From the IMG/VR virus record IMGVR_UViG_3300033463_000092: a DNA stretch of 64,000 nucleotides, one strand, 5' to 3'. Position numbers and translations under genes: made by a program. Below the pieces are notes generated by a model. The model was not told where the DNA came from. It saw only the letters and a list, made by a program, of their open reading frames with translations, and searched no databases. The DNA is from an uncultured virus (IMG/VR IMGVR_UViG_3300033463_000092). Taxonomy: Duplodnaviria; Heunggongvirae; Uroviricota; Caudoviricetes. Within the stretch, counting starts at the first letter, position 1. Each line of letters starts with the position of its first letter. Below are positions 10,060 to 19,546 of the stretch, piece after piece.

Positions 10060-10357
10060 TGGTGCGCCGACCGGGACTTGAACCCGGGACCACCGCCTTA
10101 ACAAATTGTTCAACCGCAATATTTTGAACAATCCCGACTATACCTACACCCGTTCTGGGTGGCTGCCGTCTAGTCTGTACACATTCCCATATTTCTATGG
10201 TTAGCTCTGCGATAATCATTGGGCATTTATCTCCAATGCGTCCCCAGAATTTGACAGCCTTTCATATAAATATTCCTATTCATAAGCTCCATGTTCTAAC
10301 TTATTAAAAGCGAGTTAGTTACGAAGGGCGATGCTCTACCAACTGAGCTACCGGCGC
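10060..10357 (-). tRNA. tRNA-Lys(TTT) interrupted by a group I intron (exons 10324..10357 and 10060..10101)
   Basis: Splicing restores a 76-nt cloverleaf with TCGCC-CT TTT AA-GGCGG, discriminator A and CCA. Confidence 0.85.
10102..10323 (-). ncRNA. Group I intron, 222 nt, no ORF
   Basis: Exon ends in U, intron ends in G; P1 CTT|CGT pairs with ATGGAG giving U.G at the splice site; P3 GGCTGTC/GGCAGCC; P7 GACTA/TAGTC. Confidence 0.85.
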
Positions 10358-10430
10358 AATATTAATTTCAATCAACCACTGATCTTCCATCAGTATATTT
10401 TAATATAACACCTAAATTAAAAATATAAAC

Positions 10431-11657
10431 TTACATTTTAGAAATATAAGATTCCCAAAGTTTGTCAAATACATTCACAGACTTTCCAATCTGATATTCT
10501 ATCAACTGATCAAAAGTTTTGATGAAAGATTTCAACATGAAGAAAAACAGGTTCTTATACTTTGAATCTTTAATCTTCATAGCAAAATCTTTTTTCAATT
10601 CAGGATGATCAATGAACTTCTGAGGATCATTTAATTCATCAGAGATTAGCTTCAAATCAGTATTGAATTCTTCTAGAAATTTATTATACTTTTCTTTGAC
10701 TTCATCAAAGTAAGGCTTCATATGAGGAAGGCTTGAAAGAACTTCAGCATCTTCTTTATTGTAAATCAAAGTAAGAATTCTTTCATATTGAGGAGTTCCA
10801 TTTTCCAATGAACCTCTCAAATGATGCAAAGCAACATAAGCAGAATTTTTTACTTTAACTCTAGGGAATGAATTAGTTACTTTATCATAAGAACTAAAGT
10901 CTACAACAACAAAACCTTCATCTTGAGAATTTCCAGTTTCTGCAAGCATTTTCATTTTTTCAAACCCAACAAAATCGTCAGATTCTTTATCATACAATGA
11001 AATCACTTTAGGAATTCGGATGATATTTCTCATTGCAGAATCCATAGAATCATAAAGATCAGTATATTTCAGTTCTTCATAATCTTTATTTCTTCCACCG
11101 ATCAAATAAAGATGAGCAGCATCCCACTGAGTGACAATTTGATTGAATGGACTAACAATTTCAAAAATGTAAGTAATGTCAGAAGAAAGTCTTTCAAAGA
11201 ATTCTTCGCGAGTCATTGGATAGATTGCCATATCAAAAATATTGTTAACAGTAGTACCCAAAGCATTAATAGCATTGTCTCCGCCGATCATCGAACGAGT
11301 AGACAAAAGCCATTCTCCTTTGTAATTGAAAACTTCAAGAAGTGAGCCATCAATCTTTTCGGTTGCCATTGAGTTTTTCCAATTGAATTTCAGACGTTCT
11401 TCAGGCACTTCTTCAAAATTGTAGAAACGATAAAAAGGAAATGAAACTATTTCCCAAGTATTCATTTCAAGAACCAATCCTCTACACATTCTAACAATAG
11501 GATTGATTTTAGGAGAATCAATCTGAGAATATGAAAGAATAACAAGATCACCATTCTTTGTATTGAAAATACGATAAGAAATACCAAGTTCCTCTTTCAA
11601 AGTATCAAGTGACTTGTCTGCTTTATTCAGATATTCTTTGACAAAATTCTTAAACAT
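10431..11657 (-). CDS. RNA ligase, T4 Rnl1 family
   Basis: CRGLV, FYRFYN, motif I EKIDGS, FEIVSP, EGFVV, RVKVK. Confidence 0.9.
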   Translation of the reverse strand: MFKNFVKEYLNKADKSLDTLKEELGISYRIFNTKNGDLVILSYSQIDSPKINPIVRMCRGLVLEMNTWEIVSFPFYRFYNFEEVPEERLKFNWKNSMATEKIDGSLLEVFNYKGEWLLSTRSMIGGDNAINALGTTVNNIFDMAIYPMTREEFFERLSSDITYIFEIVSPFNQIVTQWDAAHLYLIGGRNKDYEELKYTDLYDSMDSAMRNIIRIPKVISLYDKESDDFVGFEKMKMLAETGNSQDEGFVVVDFSSYDKVTNSFPRVKVKNSAYVALHHLRGSLENGTPQYERILTLIYNKEDAEVLSSLPHMKPYFDEVKEKYNKFLEEFNTDLKLISDELNDPQKFIDHPELKKDFAMKIKDSKYKNLFFFMLKSFIKTFDQLIEYQIGKSVNVFDKLWESYISKM

Positions 11658-11718
11658 TATACCGCCTGTTTTTATTCTTAATATTTAAAATATAACAGTC
11701 AAATTTAAAAAGTAAACT

Positions 11719-12117
11719 TTATTTTAAATGGTCTGAAATTTTAGAAACATTAGTATTATAAGTATTTAATTGATTTCTTATAAAAGTTCTTTCATTTAAT
11801 CCACTATATCCATGTTGTGGTTCTACATCTATCGCCACTTCCACTCCATTATCATTAATTATTGTAGTTTTTTTACCAGTTGTACTAGTAGTTCCATCAA
11901 ACAAAAACTCATTTAAAAAATTATTTTCTGCAGTTATTTTAGCATTAAGTGCTTTTAAAAGTTGAGAATAAATTTGATCCATAACCTCTTCAATTAAAGC
12001 ACTAAGATCTGATTTACTGTTAATTGTGGCTCCTGGTAAATCATTTATAAAATTAGTAATTTTATTCTCTATAGCAGTGGTTATGTGTTTATCAAGTGAA
12101 GATCCGGTAGTTGCCAT
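11719..12117 (-). CDS. Hypothetical protein, AT-rich
   Basis: GAGGA SD; TAAATA upstream. Confidence 0.65.
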   Translation of the reverse strand: MATTGSSLDKHITTAIENKITNFINDLPGATINSKSDLSALIEEVMDQIYSQLLKALNAKITAENNFLNEFLFDGTTSTTGKKTTIINDNGVEVAIDVEPQHGYSGLNERTFIRNQLNTYNTNVSKISDHLK

Positions 12118-12226
12118 ATTTTCCTCTTTATTATATTTTAATTATTTAATATATAAATTTTAAGTCTTAAAATTAAAAAAGCTGAGTAATGAATAACATA
12201 ATCATTACCCAGCATATGTATTTAAA

Positions 12227-12302
12227 TGGTACTCCGGGGTGGAATTGAACCACCGACCTACAGCTTATAAGGCAGTTGCTCTAACCGCTGAGCTACCGGA
12301 GT
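12227..12302 (-). tRNA. tRNA-Ile(TAT)
   Basis: Cloverleaf; ACTGC-CT TAT AA-GCTGT (U29.U41 mismatch); CCA. Confidence 0.9.
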
Positions 12303-12440
12303 ATATAACTCAGTTTAAGCCTAATCCATCGCAACCTTTTCAGGCAATCGGCTTATTCCAATCCGAACTTAGGCGATGCTGTATGTCTCTAATCAATTTT
12401 TTATATTTTTAATATAACTTTCTAAACAGAAAAGTAAACT

Positions 12441-12983
12441 TTACTTCATCACAAACGTAAAGAAGGAATTATTGATAAATTTTGTCTGTTCAACAGTAAA
12501 TCCATTGAAATTTTCAAGAATCTTCTGCCAAACCTCTTCTGCAAAATCTTTCATTCCAACTTCTCTACCACGAAGTTCAAGTACAATCTTTACTTTACAA
12601 TTATCCGCAATAAACTTCTTTACATGTTCAACTTTTGTATTAAGGTCATTGTCTGCAATATTTACATGAAATTTGATTTCTTTCATTTTCTGCTGAAATG
12701 CTTTTTGTCTCTTTTCTTGATCCTTTTTAGCTTTCTTTTGTTCATACAGAAATTTTTGCATATCAACAAGCTTGACGATTTCGAGATTTTCAGAAGGCCT
12801 TGCATTGACAACAAGAATGTCTTTTTCATAATTATCAGCAAGATCATTCATTGCACTGTACGAATGTCTTACATCACCCGAATTCTGAAAGTCTCCAACA
12901 ATTTGAAACTTTTCATTTCCAAATTCTTTGAAAGTAAAATCTTTTTCAATGTAACCATTTCCAGACTTGAAGAAAATCTTCAT
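12441..12983 (-). CDS. infC: Translation initiation factor IF-3
   Basis: KEIKFHVNIADNDLNTKVEHVKKFI...KVKIVLELRGRE matches the IF3 C-domain; basic linker present. Confidence 0.9.
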   Translation of the reverse strand: MKIFFKSGNGYIEKDFTFKEFGNEKFQIVGDFQNSGDVRHSYSAMNDLADNYEKDILVVNARPSENLEIVKLVDMQKFLYEQKKAKKDQEKRQKAFQQKMKEIKFHVNIADNDLNTKVEHVKKFIADNCKVKIVLELRGREVGMKDFAEEVWQKILENFNGFTVEQTKFINNSFFTFVMK

Positions 12984-13070
12984 ACTAAATAATTTGTTCC
13001 TTTTCTTTTTAAGTTAATGTTTTTCATATTTGTAATATAACATCTTATTTTCACCTGTAAACTTCTAAAG

Positions 13071-13412
13071 AAAAAAAAAATCCAGGTGTTGAATTAACCT
13101 GGATTTTGGAAAAATGTTTGGCAATAATCATTCATTTTAATTAGTTCTCCTCGATTAAAATGATATATGTATTACGTTAAATTGATCTCCTATTAGGCAC
13201 CTAACATCCGCTTCTACTGGCGAAATCTCTCGAGATGTTTTCCTTTATCCGGGAAACCGTAACCAAATACGGCTGGCGTTCGAATTATTGCGCATTTATG
13301 AAACTACCGAGAACTATCCAAAGATAAAGCAACTTAACATAAATATTTTACGCTAACACAAATTTAAAATACCAAACATTTTTCAAATCAACTGCAGATA
13401 TTTCCATCCGCT
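13071..13412 (-). ncRNA. Putative ~300-nt structured RNA
   Basis: TATAAATA at 13415..13422, hairpin plus boxA-like leader, 12-bp terminal stem AAAAATGTTTGG/CCAAACATTTTT, intrinsic terminator. Confidence 0.55.
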
Positions 13413-13426
13413 TATATTTATAATAA

Positions 13427-13738
13427 TTACTTCCTCTTCTTTTTACAACCGAAATAAGAATTAAATTCATCTTTAGTCAAAGGAGAGATTTCGTCTGAAA
13501 AAATATCAAGAACAGGGGTGCGGTTCTTTTTATCAAGCCTTTCACTGCGAATATACTCAGACTTATACCATTTCTTATCATCGCCAAGAATAAGCTTAAC
13601 GAGCCTATCATTTACAGTAATCACTCCAAGCAAAGTATAAGGAACCTTCTTTTTCGCTTTCTGAGCTTCTTCTCGCTTTTTCATTTCCTGCATTTCAGAA
13701 AAAGTCATTGGTACATTTTGATCGGATGTCATACCCAT
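13427..13738 (-). CDS. Hypothetical protein
   Basis: Promoter and AAGGAG. Confidence 0.7.
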   Translation of the reverse strand: MGMTSDQNVPMTFSEMQEMKKREEAQKAKKKVPYTLLGVITVNDRLVKLILGDDKKWYKSEYIRSERLDKKNRTPVLDIFSDEISPLTKDEFNSYFGCKKKRK

Positions 13739-13828
13739 TTTTTAAGTCTCCTTTTTTATTTTAAATTTAACATCATTTAATATAATGTAAACTTCACTTC
13801 CGACTATTTTACTATAATAGAAGTAAAC

Positions 13829-14539
13829 TTATGTCCAAAGATATAAACGAACTTCTATAGCAAGGTGCAAATAAAATTGAATTTGTTCTCTAATCAATTT
13901 ATCTAGATTAGATTTTGCATTTTTTATTATATCTTCTTTTAAAAGATCTTCTTTCTTCTCAATATATTTCAACACAATGTTCCAATTGATCTTATCATTA
14001 ATCTGTTCTAAAGTAACATTAATTGGATCTCTAACAATTTTAAAAATAGAATCATCACCTGACCCACTAATATGTTCTAAATGAGCTCTATAAATATATT
14101 CATTCCAAATTGTTAAAAGATAATCCCTATCATTTTCCATTTCCGGTAAATCTTTTGTATAAAATTTGTAGATTTCTTTAATGATATCCATGATGTATTT
14201 TCCTTTTAATCTTGGAATTAACACATCTTCATCATGATCTCCATATTTTAATCCATCATCATCTTTTAAATTTTTATCAGGGTACCATTTAATATGTTCT
14301 TCAGGTTTGTCTTTTTCTATATATTCTTTTATTAACTCAAAAATAGCAAACTTCATTCTATCTGATACATCTGAATATTCATATGGTTTAAACATTGGCA
14401 ATTTAATTTTATTATAATTATGAAATAAAATGTTCTTTAAACAATATCCTGGATAAATCCAATCATCAAAAAAGTTTTGAATCTTCCACCATACTTTTTC
14501 AATTAATTTCGGTTCTTCGTTTTCAAAAAGAGATTTCAT
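13829..14539 (-). CDS. Hypothetical protein
   Basis: 236-aa ORF with SD. Confidence 0.75.
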   Translation of the reverse strand: MKSLFENEEPKLIEKVWWKIQNFFDDWIYPGYCLKNILFHNYNKIKLPMFKPYEYSDVSDRMKFAIFELIKEYIEKDKPEEHIKWYPDKNLKDDDGLKYGDHDEDVLIPRLKGKYIMDIIKEIYKFYTKDLPEMENDRDYLLTIWNEYIYRAHLEHISGSGDDSIFKIVRDPINVTLEQINDKINWNIVLKYIEKKEDLLKEDIIKNAKSNLDKLIREQIQFYLHLAIEVRLYLWT

Positions 14540-14616
14540 TCTTTAAATTCCTTATATTAAAATAAAAAAGGGAGGATTTCCTCCCTTCTAGATTATCTAG
14601 TTTCTCTTGTTTTTCT

Positions 14617-14952
14617 TTACTGCTTCTTTTTAATAGTTTTACCGACCTGCATCTTGTCCACCATCCAGACCTTTCCAGAAGCTTTCTTTTCTGCATGAAT
14701 ATCCTTCACAACACTTCCATTGAAAATAACCTGAATGTTGTCTTTCATATTCTTCTCATCAGCATAATGATTCTTAATGAATTTCCACACCTGGCACATG
14801 TTTTTTATAGTGCATTCAGTTGAATCATTTTCATGAGAAACCTTAACGGTTAGATTCTTTACAGAAGTATTCTTGGTCTTCTTCACCTGCTCAATAATCG
14901 CTTTAGAAACTCCGCCATTAGTATTTTCCTTCATAGTCTCAACTTTATTCAT
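14617..14952 (-). CDS. Lys-rich hypothetical protein
   Basis: AGGAG SD before MNKVET; followed by terminator. Confidence 0.7.
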   Translation of the reverse strand: MNKVETMKENTNGGVSKAIIEQVKKTKNTSVKNLTVKVSHENDSTECTIKNMCQVWKFIKNHYADEKNMKDNIQVIFNGSVVKDIHAEKKASGKVWMVDKMQVGKTIKKKQ

Positions 14953-15039
14953 TTTTCTCTCCTGTTTTGTTTGTTTTGTTTTCCGATATTTCAAATATAA
15001 CTCATTCTTTCAAAAAGTAAACTATTAATTTGAATTTTT

Positions 15040-15462
15040 TCAAATATTTAATTCATCCTTTGAAAAAGGAACAAACTTCTTTTTCATTTTTTCAATAACT
15101 TCAGGTGGAACTCCGTGAATGTTTTCAAAATTTCCATTACAAGTAATTACTTCTATTTCAGCTCCGTTCTTTTTTGCCATTTTAATATAAGGTCTTCTTT
15201 CGGAAGGAGTTAAATTGGTATTTGAAACAATAGTATTTTTTTCTCTAGCAAGATCGAAGTTCACTTTAAGTTGACACCATTCATGAGCTTGTCTAAGCTT
15301 AAAAGGATCCCATTTATATTCTTTAGTTTTATTATCAATGAAGAATTGATCAGCTTCCCAAATATTTGCAAACTTAAAATTGGGATGATCTTCGCGATAT
15401 TTCTTTGCAGCGGTACTTTTTCCAGATCCAGGTATTCCAATGAACATTACAAGTTTTGCCAT
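15040..15462 (-). CDS. P-loop kinase, polynucleotide kinase-like (AAA_33-like)
   Basis: GIPGSGKST, EADQFF, IVSNTN, NIHGVP. Confidence 0.85.
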   Translation of the reverse strand: MAKLVMFIGIPGSGKSTAAKKYREDHPNFKFANIWEADQFFIDNKTKEYKWDPFKLRQAHEWCQLKVNFDLAREKNTIVSNTNLTPSERRPYIKMAKKNGAEIEVITCNGNFENIHGVPPEVIEKMKKKFVPFSKDELNI

Positions 15463-15465
15463 ATT

Positions 15466-15729
15466 TCAATTCCTTTCATTTAAAGATTTAAGGCTAATTA
15501 CACCCATACCAGAACACTCATGACAATCATGAACATCAAAAAATGTTTGATATCCGGTTCCTTCACATTCAGGACAAATAATATGTTCCTCCCCACAATT
15601 TTCACATTTATAAATCTGAATTTTAATATTCAAACCTAATTCAGATTTTGAATCAATAAATTTAAAAGTAGGTTTACAATCAGCTCCACATTTCTGACAG
15701 CTAAGTTGTTTTTCAATCATTTTTTCCAT
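15466..15729 (-). CDS. Cys-rich zinc-binding protein
   Basis: Four CxxC pairs, including CxxCxGxG repeats. Confidence 0.75.
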   Translation of the reverse strand: MEKMIEKQLSCQKCGADCKPTFKFIDSKSELGLNIKIQIYKCENCGEEHIICPECEGTGYQTFFDVHDCHECSGMGVISLKSLNERN

Positions 15730-15746
15730 TTCAATTTATTTCTCCT

Positions 15747-15992
15747 TTAATTAAAAAATTTCTTCATTTTATCAAAAACTATCCATATCCCAATTAAAAC
15801 AATAACGGGCAGCCAAAAAATTGAAAATAAAATTGTTAAAGAATCAATTTTCGATTTTCTATATGACCCAAATTTTCTGTCTTCTTTAAAATTAAAAGTT
15901 TTATCAAATATGACTAAGAAAATGAATGCAAACGCAAAATATATGATCATTAATTGAATTCCAAAATGATCAAAAAACTCTACCATTTTCAA
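15747..15992 (-). CDS. Small membrane protein
   Basis: Two hydrophobic segments. Confidence 0.6.
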   Translation of the reverse strand: MKMVEFFDHFGIQLMIIYFAFAFIFLVIFDKTFNFKEDRKFGSYRKSKIDSLTILFSIFWLPVIVLIGIWIVFDKMKKFFN

Positions 15993-16360
15993 TTCTCCTT
16001 AACCAAGTTGAATTCTTCAAAAAGAGGAATAATTTTGATGCCACGTTTCTTTGCAATGGATGCACAGGTTTTACATGGATGAATTGGAAGATAATTTCCT
16101 TGGCCACCTACACGAAGAATATAAATCGTATCAATTCTATTTCCATACAAATGAATCAAATCCTGTTCGGCATGAAGGCCAGCTCCTTTTCGATGAGACA
16201 TAAAATTGCGATGATTATTATATCTAATATCAATAAAATTACCTTTTTTAGTAAAAGCCACAGCCGCAATCCTATATACAAGTCCTCGTTCTTGCAAACA
16301 TTTGTTTCTCATCCTCGGAATAATTTCATACTTCAGTTTCTTCGAGCCAATCTGCGACAT
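15989..16360 (-). CDS. Zn-dependent cytidine/nucleotide deaminase-fold protein
   Basis: HAE and PCxxC motifs. Confidence 0.8.
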   Translation of the reverse strand: MSQIGSKKLKYEIIPRMRNKCLQERGLVYRIAAVAFTKKGNFIDIRYNNHRNFMSHRKGAGLHAEQDLIHLYGNRIDTIYILRVGGQGNYLPIHPCKTCASIAKKRGIKIIPLFEEFNLVKEN

Positions 16361-16457
16361 AAATATTTAAGTTCCTTTTGATTATTAAAAATCTTTTCTT
16401 TTTTAATTATAACATCTTTTTGAAATAAATAAACTTAATACTAAAGAATTTTTTGAA

Positions 16458-16739
16458 ATGTTAAATAAATTTAATTCAATTATTTCAGAAACATTTGATC
16501 TTAGTCCAAAATATATTGACAAAGATTTTCAATGTTCATTTAATAATGTTGATCTTTTCACTTCAAAAATTTTCTTCAAAGGAATAAACAATGAGTCATT
16601 CATTGGTCAAGAATTTTTAAAAGAACTGTTGAATAAAATAAATCTAAAATCAATAAATAAAGAAACTCCAATAATAATTTATTTGACAAAATTAAACTCT
16701 GTTTATTCTGGAATAATTTTTTCAACACCTCGGAAATAG
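16458..16739 (+). CDS. Hypothetical protein (isolated + strand ORF)
   Basis: 93-aa ORF with TAAATA upstream. Confidence 0.45.
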   Translation: MLNKFNSIISETFDLSPKYIDKDFQCSFNNVDLFTSKIFFKGINNESFIGQEFLKELLNKINLKSINKETPIIIYLTKLNSVYSGIIFSTPRK

Positions 16740-16870
16740 GTATAATTTAATTTTGACAAATTCATGGAAATCAGACCATATTCCTCATTTAGAAATAACT
16801 GGTCAAAAAAGAATTATTTTATAAAATAAAAGGCTCCTTCTACAGGAGCCAATTATGTTTAAAATTTGTT

Positions 16871-17362
16871 TTACTTATTCTCAGAAAGATTTTCCACACC
16901 AGTATCAGTTAGATACCATCTAGAACCAACCTTCTCATTCCAAGCAGATATTGCCTTCTCAACAAGATTGGGATCATCAACAAGAAAAGTTTCCATAACC
17001 TGAACAGTTTCAGTAATTAGATTTAGAACAAATTCACCACGATTGAATCTCTCCATCTGACGAGGAGTCGGACGATGACCCTTAGTAGTCTCATAGAAAA
17101 TCCTTCGCCATTCCTTATGTTCAGGATTGTAAACAATCTCAACTTCATTCATAATATCTTCAGCACCAATTTTCCAACGTTCATCACATTCATCAAATGC
17201 AACTAGAATTGCGGTTTCAGGATCCTTGACAAACTTTCTATTATAATTACGATAAATCCCCGTAGTAACCATATCACCGATAGTTCCAGTTTTAACCTCA
17301 ATATCCATTACACCAATAAAATGCCGATTCTTTAGATCACGAGTTGGAGTAGTCTTAGCCAT
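16871..17362 (-). CDS. Hypothetical protein
   Basis: Promoter, SD and terminator. Confidence 0.8.
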   Translation of the reverse strand: MAKTTPTRDLKNRHFIGVMDIEVKTGTIGDMVTTGIYRNYNRKFVKDPETAILVAFDECDERWKIGAEDIMNEVEIVYNPEHKEWRRIFYETTKGHRPTPRQMERFNRGEFVLNLITETVQVMETFLVDDPNLVEKAISAWNEKVGSRWYLTDTGVENLSENK

Positions 17363-17440
17363 TTTGTTTTTCCTTTTCTTTTATTATTTTAAAATTGATT
17401 TTTGTTTTAATTATAACAGCCAATCTTTCAAAGTAAACTA

Positions 17441-17809
17441 TTACTTAAGATTTAAACGGAAATCTTCAGGAATTTCTTCTTCATTCCCTTCAGGATTATG
17501 ATCAAGTTCGCCGTTCAAATCAGCTTCATACCAAAATTTTCTAAAAGGTTTTTTCAGGCCCTTCGGATCAACCTTAGGAAAAGTAACGTGATCAGCGAGA
17601 AAATCCAAACTACCATCAATAGCATCTTCTTTAGTATCATATCTAAAATCTCCACTAGTTTTTGAATTTGTTCCATCAAAAAATCTGATCTTAAAAGAAT
17701 AAGATGGATTATCTGAATTAATGTTTTTACCTAAAATAGAAATTAAAATAGGATTTTCCTTTCCTAAATAGAAAGATCTCACAACTTCGATTTTCGTTTC
17801 ATCTGACAT
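17441..17809 (-). CDS. Hypothetical protein
   Basis: Promoter and SD. Confidence 0.7.
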   Translation of the reverse strand: MSDETKIEVVRSFYLGKENPILISILGKNINSDNPSYSFKIRFFDGTNSKTSGDFRYDTKEDAIDGSLDFLADHVTFPKVDPKGLKKPFRKFWYEADLNGELDHNPEGNEEEIPEDFRLNLK

Positions 17810-17863
17810 TTTAATTCCCTTATAATTTTTCTTTGAATAATTATTAAATTATAACAGAATTTT

Positions 17864-18304
17864 TCACTTAGTAAACTGCTCTTGAACTTCTTCAGATAAA
17901 TTTTCAAATAAATTTATAATTAAAAAATAATGAAAGTCTGCATAAAATTTCACTGAAATATCTTCAACAAGTTGTTCATCTTTTACATTCTTAAGTAACA
18001 CTTTACCTATTATCAATTCCATTTTTCCATTTACTTTAGTATGGTGTATACATCTTGAGTCATATGCAATCAATTCAATCTCTTTATAATTTTCTTTAAG
18101 CCAAGCACTTAATACATCTTTTACTGATTTTTCTGAAAGTTCAATTTCAATTGCTAATTTTTGTTGAACATCCAAATAATTTTGATTTGACGGAAGTTTA
18201 TATCCATTTTCATTTCGTGATCTATTTAATACATAAAGATTATATTTATTGTATAAACCTTGAAGTTCACGTGTTAAACGTTTTTCTGTAATTGTATCAA
18301 CCAT
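17864..18304 (-). CDS. Hypothetical protein
   Basis: Operon member; 3' end overlaps the next promoter -35. Confidence 0.7.
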   Translation of the reverse strand: MVDTITEKRLTRELQGLYNKYNLYVLNRSRNENGYKLPSNQNYLDVQQKLAIEIELSEKSVKDVLSAWLKENYKEIELIAYDSRCIHHTKVNGKMELIIGKVLLKNVKDEQLVEDISVKFYADFHYFLIINLFENLSEEVQEQFTK

Positions 18305-18514
18305 TTTTAATACTCACTAATCTTTATTCAAAATATAAAATAAAAAAATAACAATTAATAAAAAAACTGAAAAAATTATTGGAGAAAAAATTAAAAGCCA
18401 TGAAATGTTTTGAAAATAATTAAAAAATAATTTGCAAATGCTAATTATTATTAAAATTATCCAAAATGAAAGAAATCCTAAAAAATTAAAAAATATTTTT
18501 ATTTTTTCCATGTT

Positions 18515-19054
18515 TCAATTTTTTCTTAAAAATTTTAAAATGTTATTTGAAATTTTTTCAGTCAAACCAAACTCCATTGATGTTTTAAAAAACTTTAGTT
18601 TAATATCTAAGTATTCTTTCATCATTGGATCTGCATCTTTATCATCATCAATAATTATGGCTTTACTTATACTATATAAATTGTTATGATCATCTAACCA
18701 ATTTAAAATTTCATTGTATCTTAATCCATTACTTAATGTTGGTGTATATCCTAAAAAACTTTCTTTAGGTAAACCAACATTATAAAATAAAGCTTCAATG
18801 AATGGTTTTGAGTTTCTACCTGCAGTATGCCTCCATGAAGAGGACCAAACAATTTTACATTCTTCAATTTTATTGATCTGTTCAAAAAGATTATGAAATC
18901 TTTCCATAAGTTCTGGAACTATGAAATACATATTTTGAATACAATACTTCTTTCTGAATTCATTTACTGAATTAGATCCATGTTCTTCTTTCCATTTCTT
19001 AACAAATGAAGAACAATTTAAAACTCCATCCATGTCTAAAAATATAATGAACAT
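18515..19054 (-). CDS. HAD-family phosphatase (RNA-repair-associated HAD type)
   Basis: FLDMDGVLN, IVWSSSWR, IIIDDD. Confidence 0.85.
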   Translation of the reverse strand: MFIIFLDMDGVLNCSSFVKKWKEEHGSNSVNEFRKKYCIQNMYFIVPELMERFHNLFEQINKIEECKIVWSSSWRHTAGRNSKPFIEALFYNVGLPKESFLGYTPTLSNGLRYNEILNWLDDHNNLYSISKAIIIDDDKDADPMMKEYLDIKLKFFKTSMEFGLTEKISNNILKFLRKN

Positions 19055-19518
19055 TAATTTATCTCTTTCAAATTAGAGGAAATATGAGCTTCTTCCTCTT
19101 CATGCTGTTCTTCTTCATTTTTATTATTCATTTCTGCAATTTTTCTACCAACTTCTTCAACAATAGCATTTCGTCTCCTTTCAGCGAGTTGATTTGAATA
19201 ACGATCTTCAAAAGAAATGGGGTCATTTGAAAGAATATATTTAAGCTTTTCTGGATCATTCGTAATAGTAGGAGTCTTATTCTTCTTACCTCTTCCTTTT
19301 GGCAAATCAACAACTTGTCCAGAAAACATACTAAACCAATGTGTTTCAACAGTATTAGTTTTAGAATTAGTAAAAGTGACTTGGCCAATTCCTAAATCAG
19401 GATCAACTTTTTCTATTTTACCGATATAAACATCAAAATCAATAATTGAACGAACTTTTACTTTAACAAATGCTTGATGCATTAAATCAAATACAATAGG
19501 TTGAGAATTTATATCCAT
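19054..19518 (-). CDS. Hypothetical protein
   Basis: TAATG overlap with the HAD gene. Confidence 0.7.
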   Translation of the reverse strand: MDINSQPIVFDLMHQAFVKVKVRSIIDFDVYIGKIEKVDPDLGIGQVTFTNSKTNTVETHWFSMFSGQVVDLPKGRGKKNKTPTITNDPEKLKYILSNDPISFEDRYSNQLAERRRNAIVEEVGRKIAEMNNKNEEEQHEEEEAHISSNLKEIN

Positions 19519-19546
19519 TTTATTTTCCCTTTAAATTTTAATATTA

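Noticed and set aside
10300..10357. tRNA-Thr(CGT) or Arg(TCG) call from the unspliced 5' half
   Set aside because: A 7-nt loop with a terminal intron G and a P1 U.G pair works only for CTT|TTAA, i.e. Lys(UUU)
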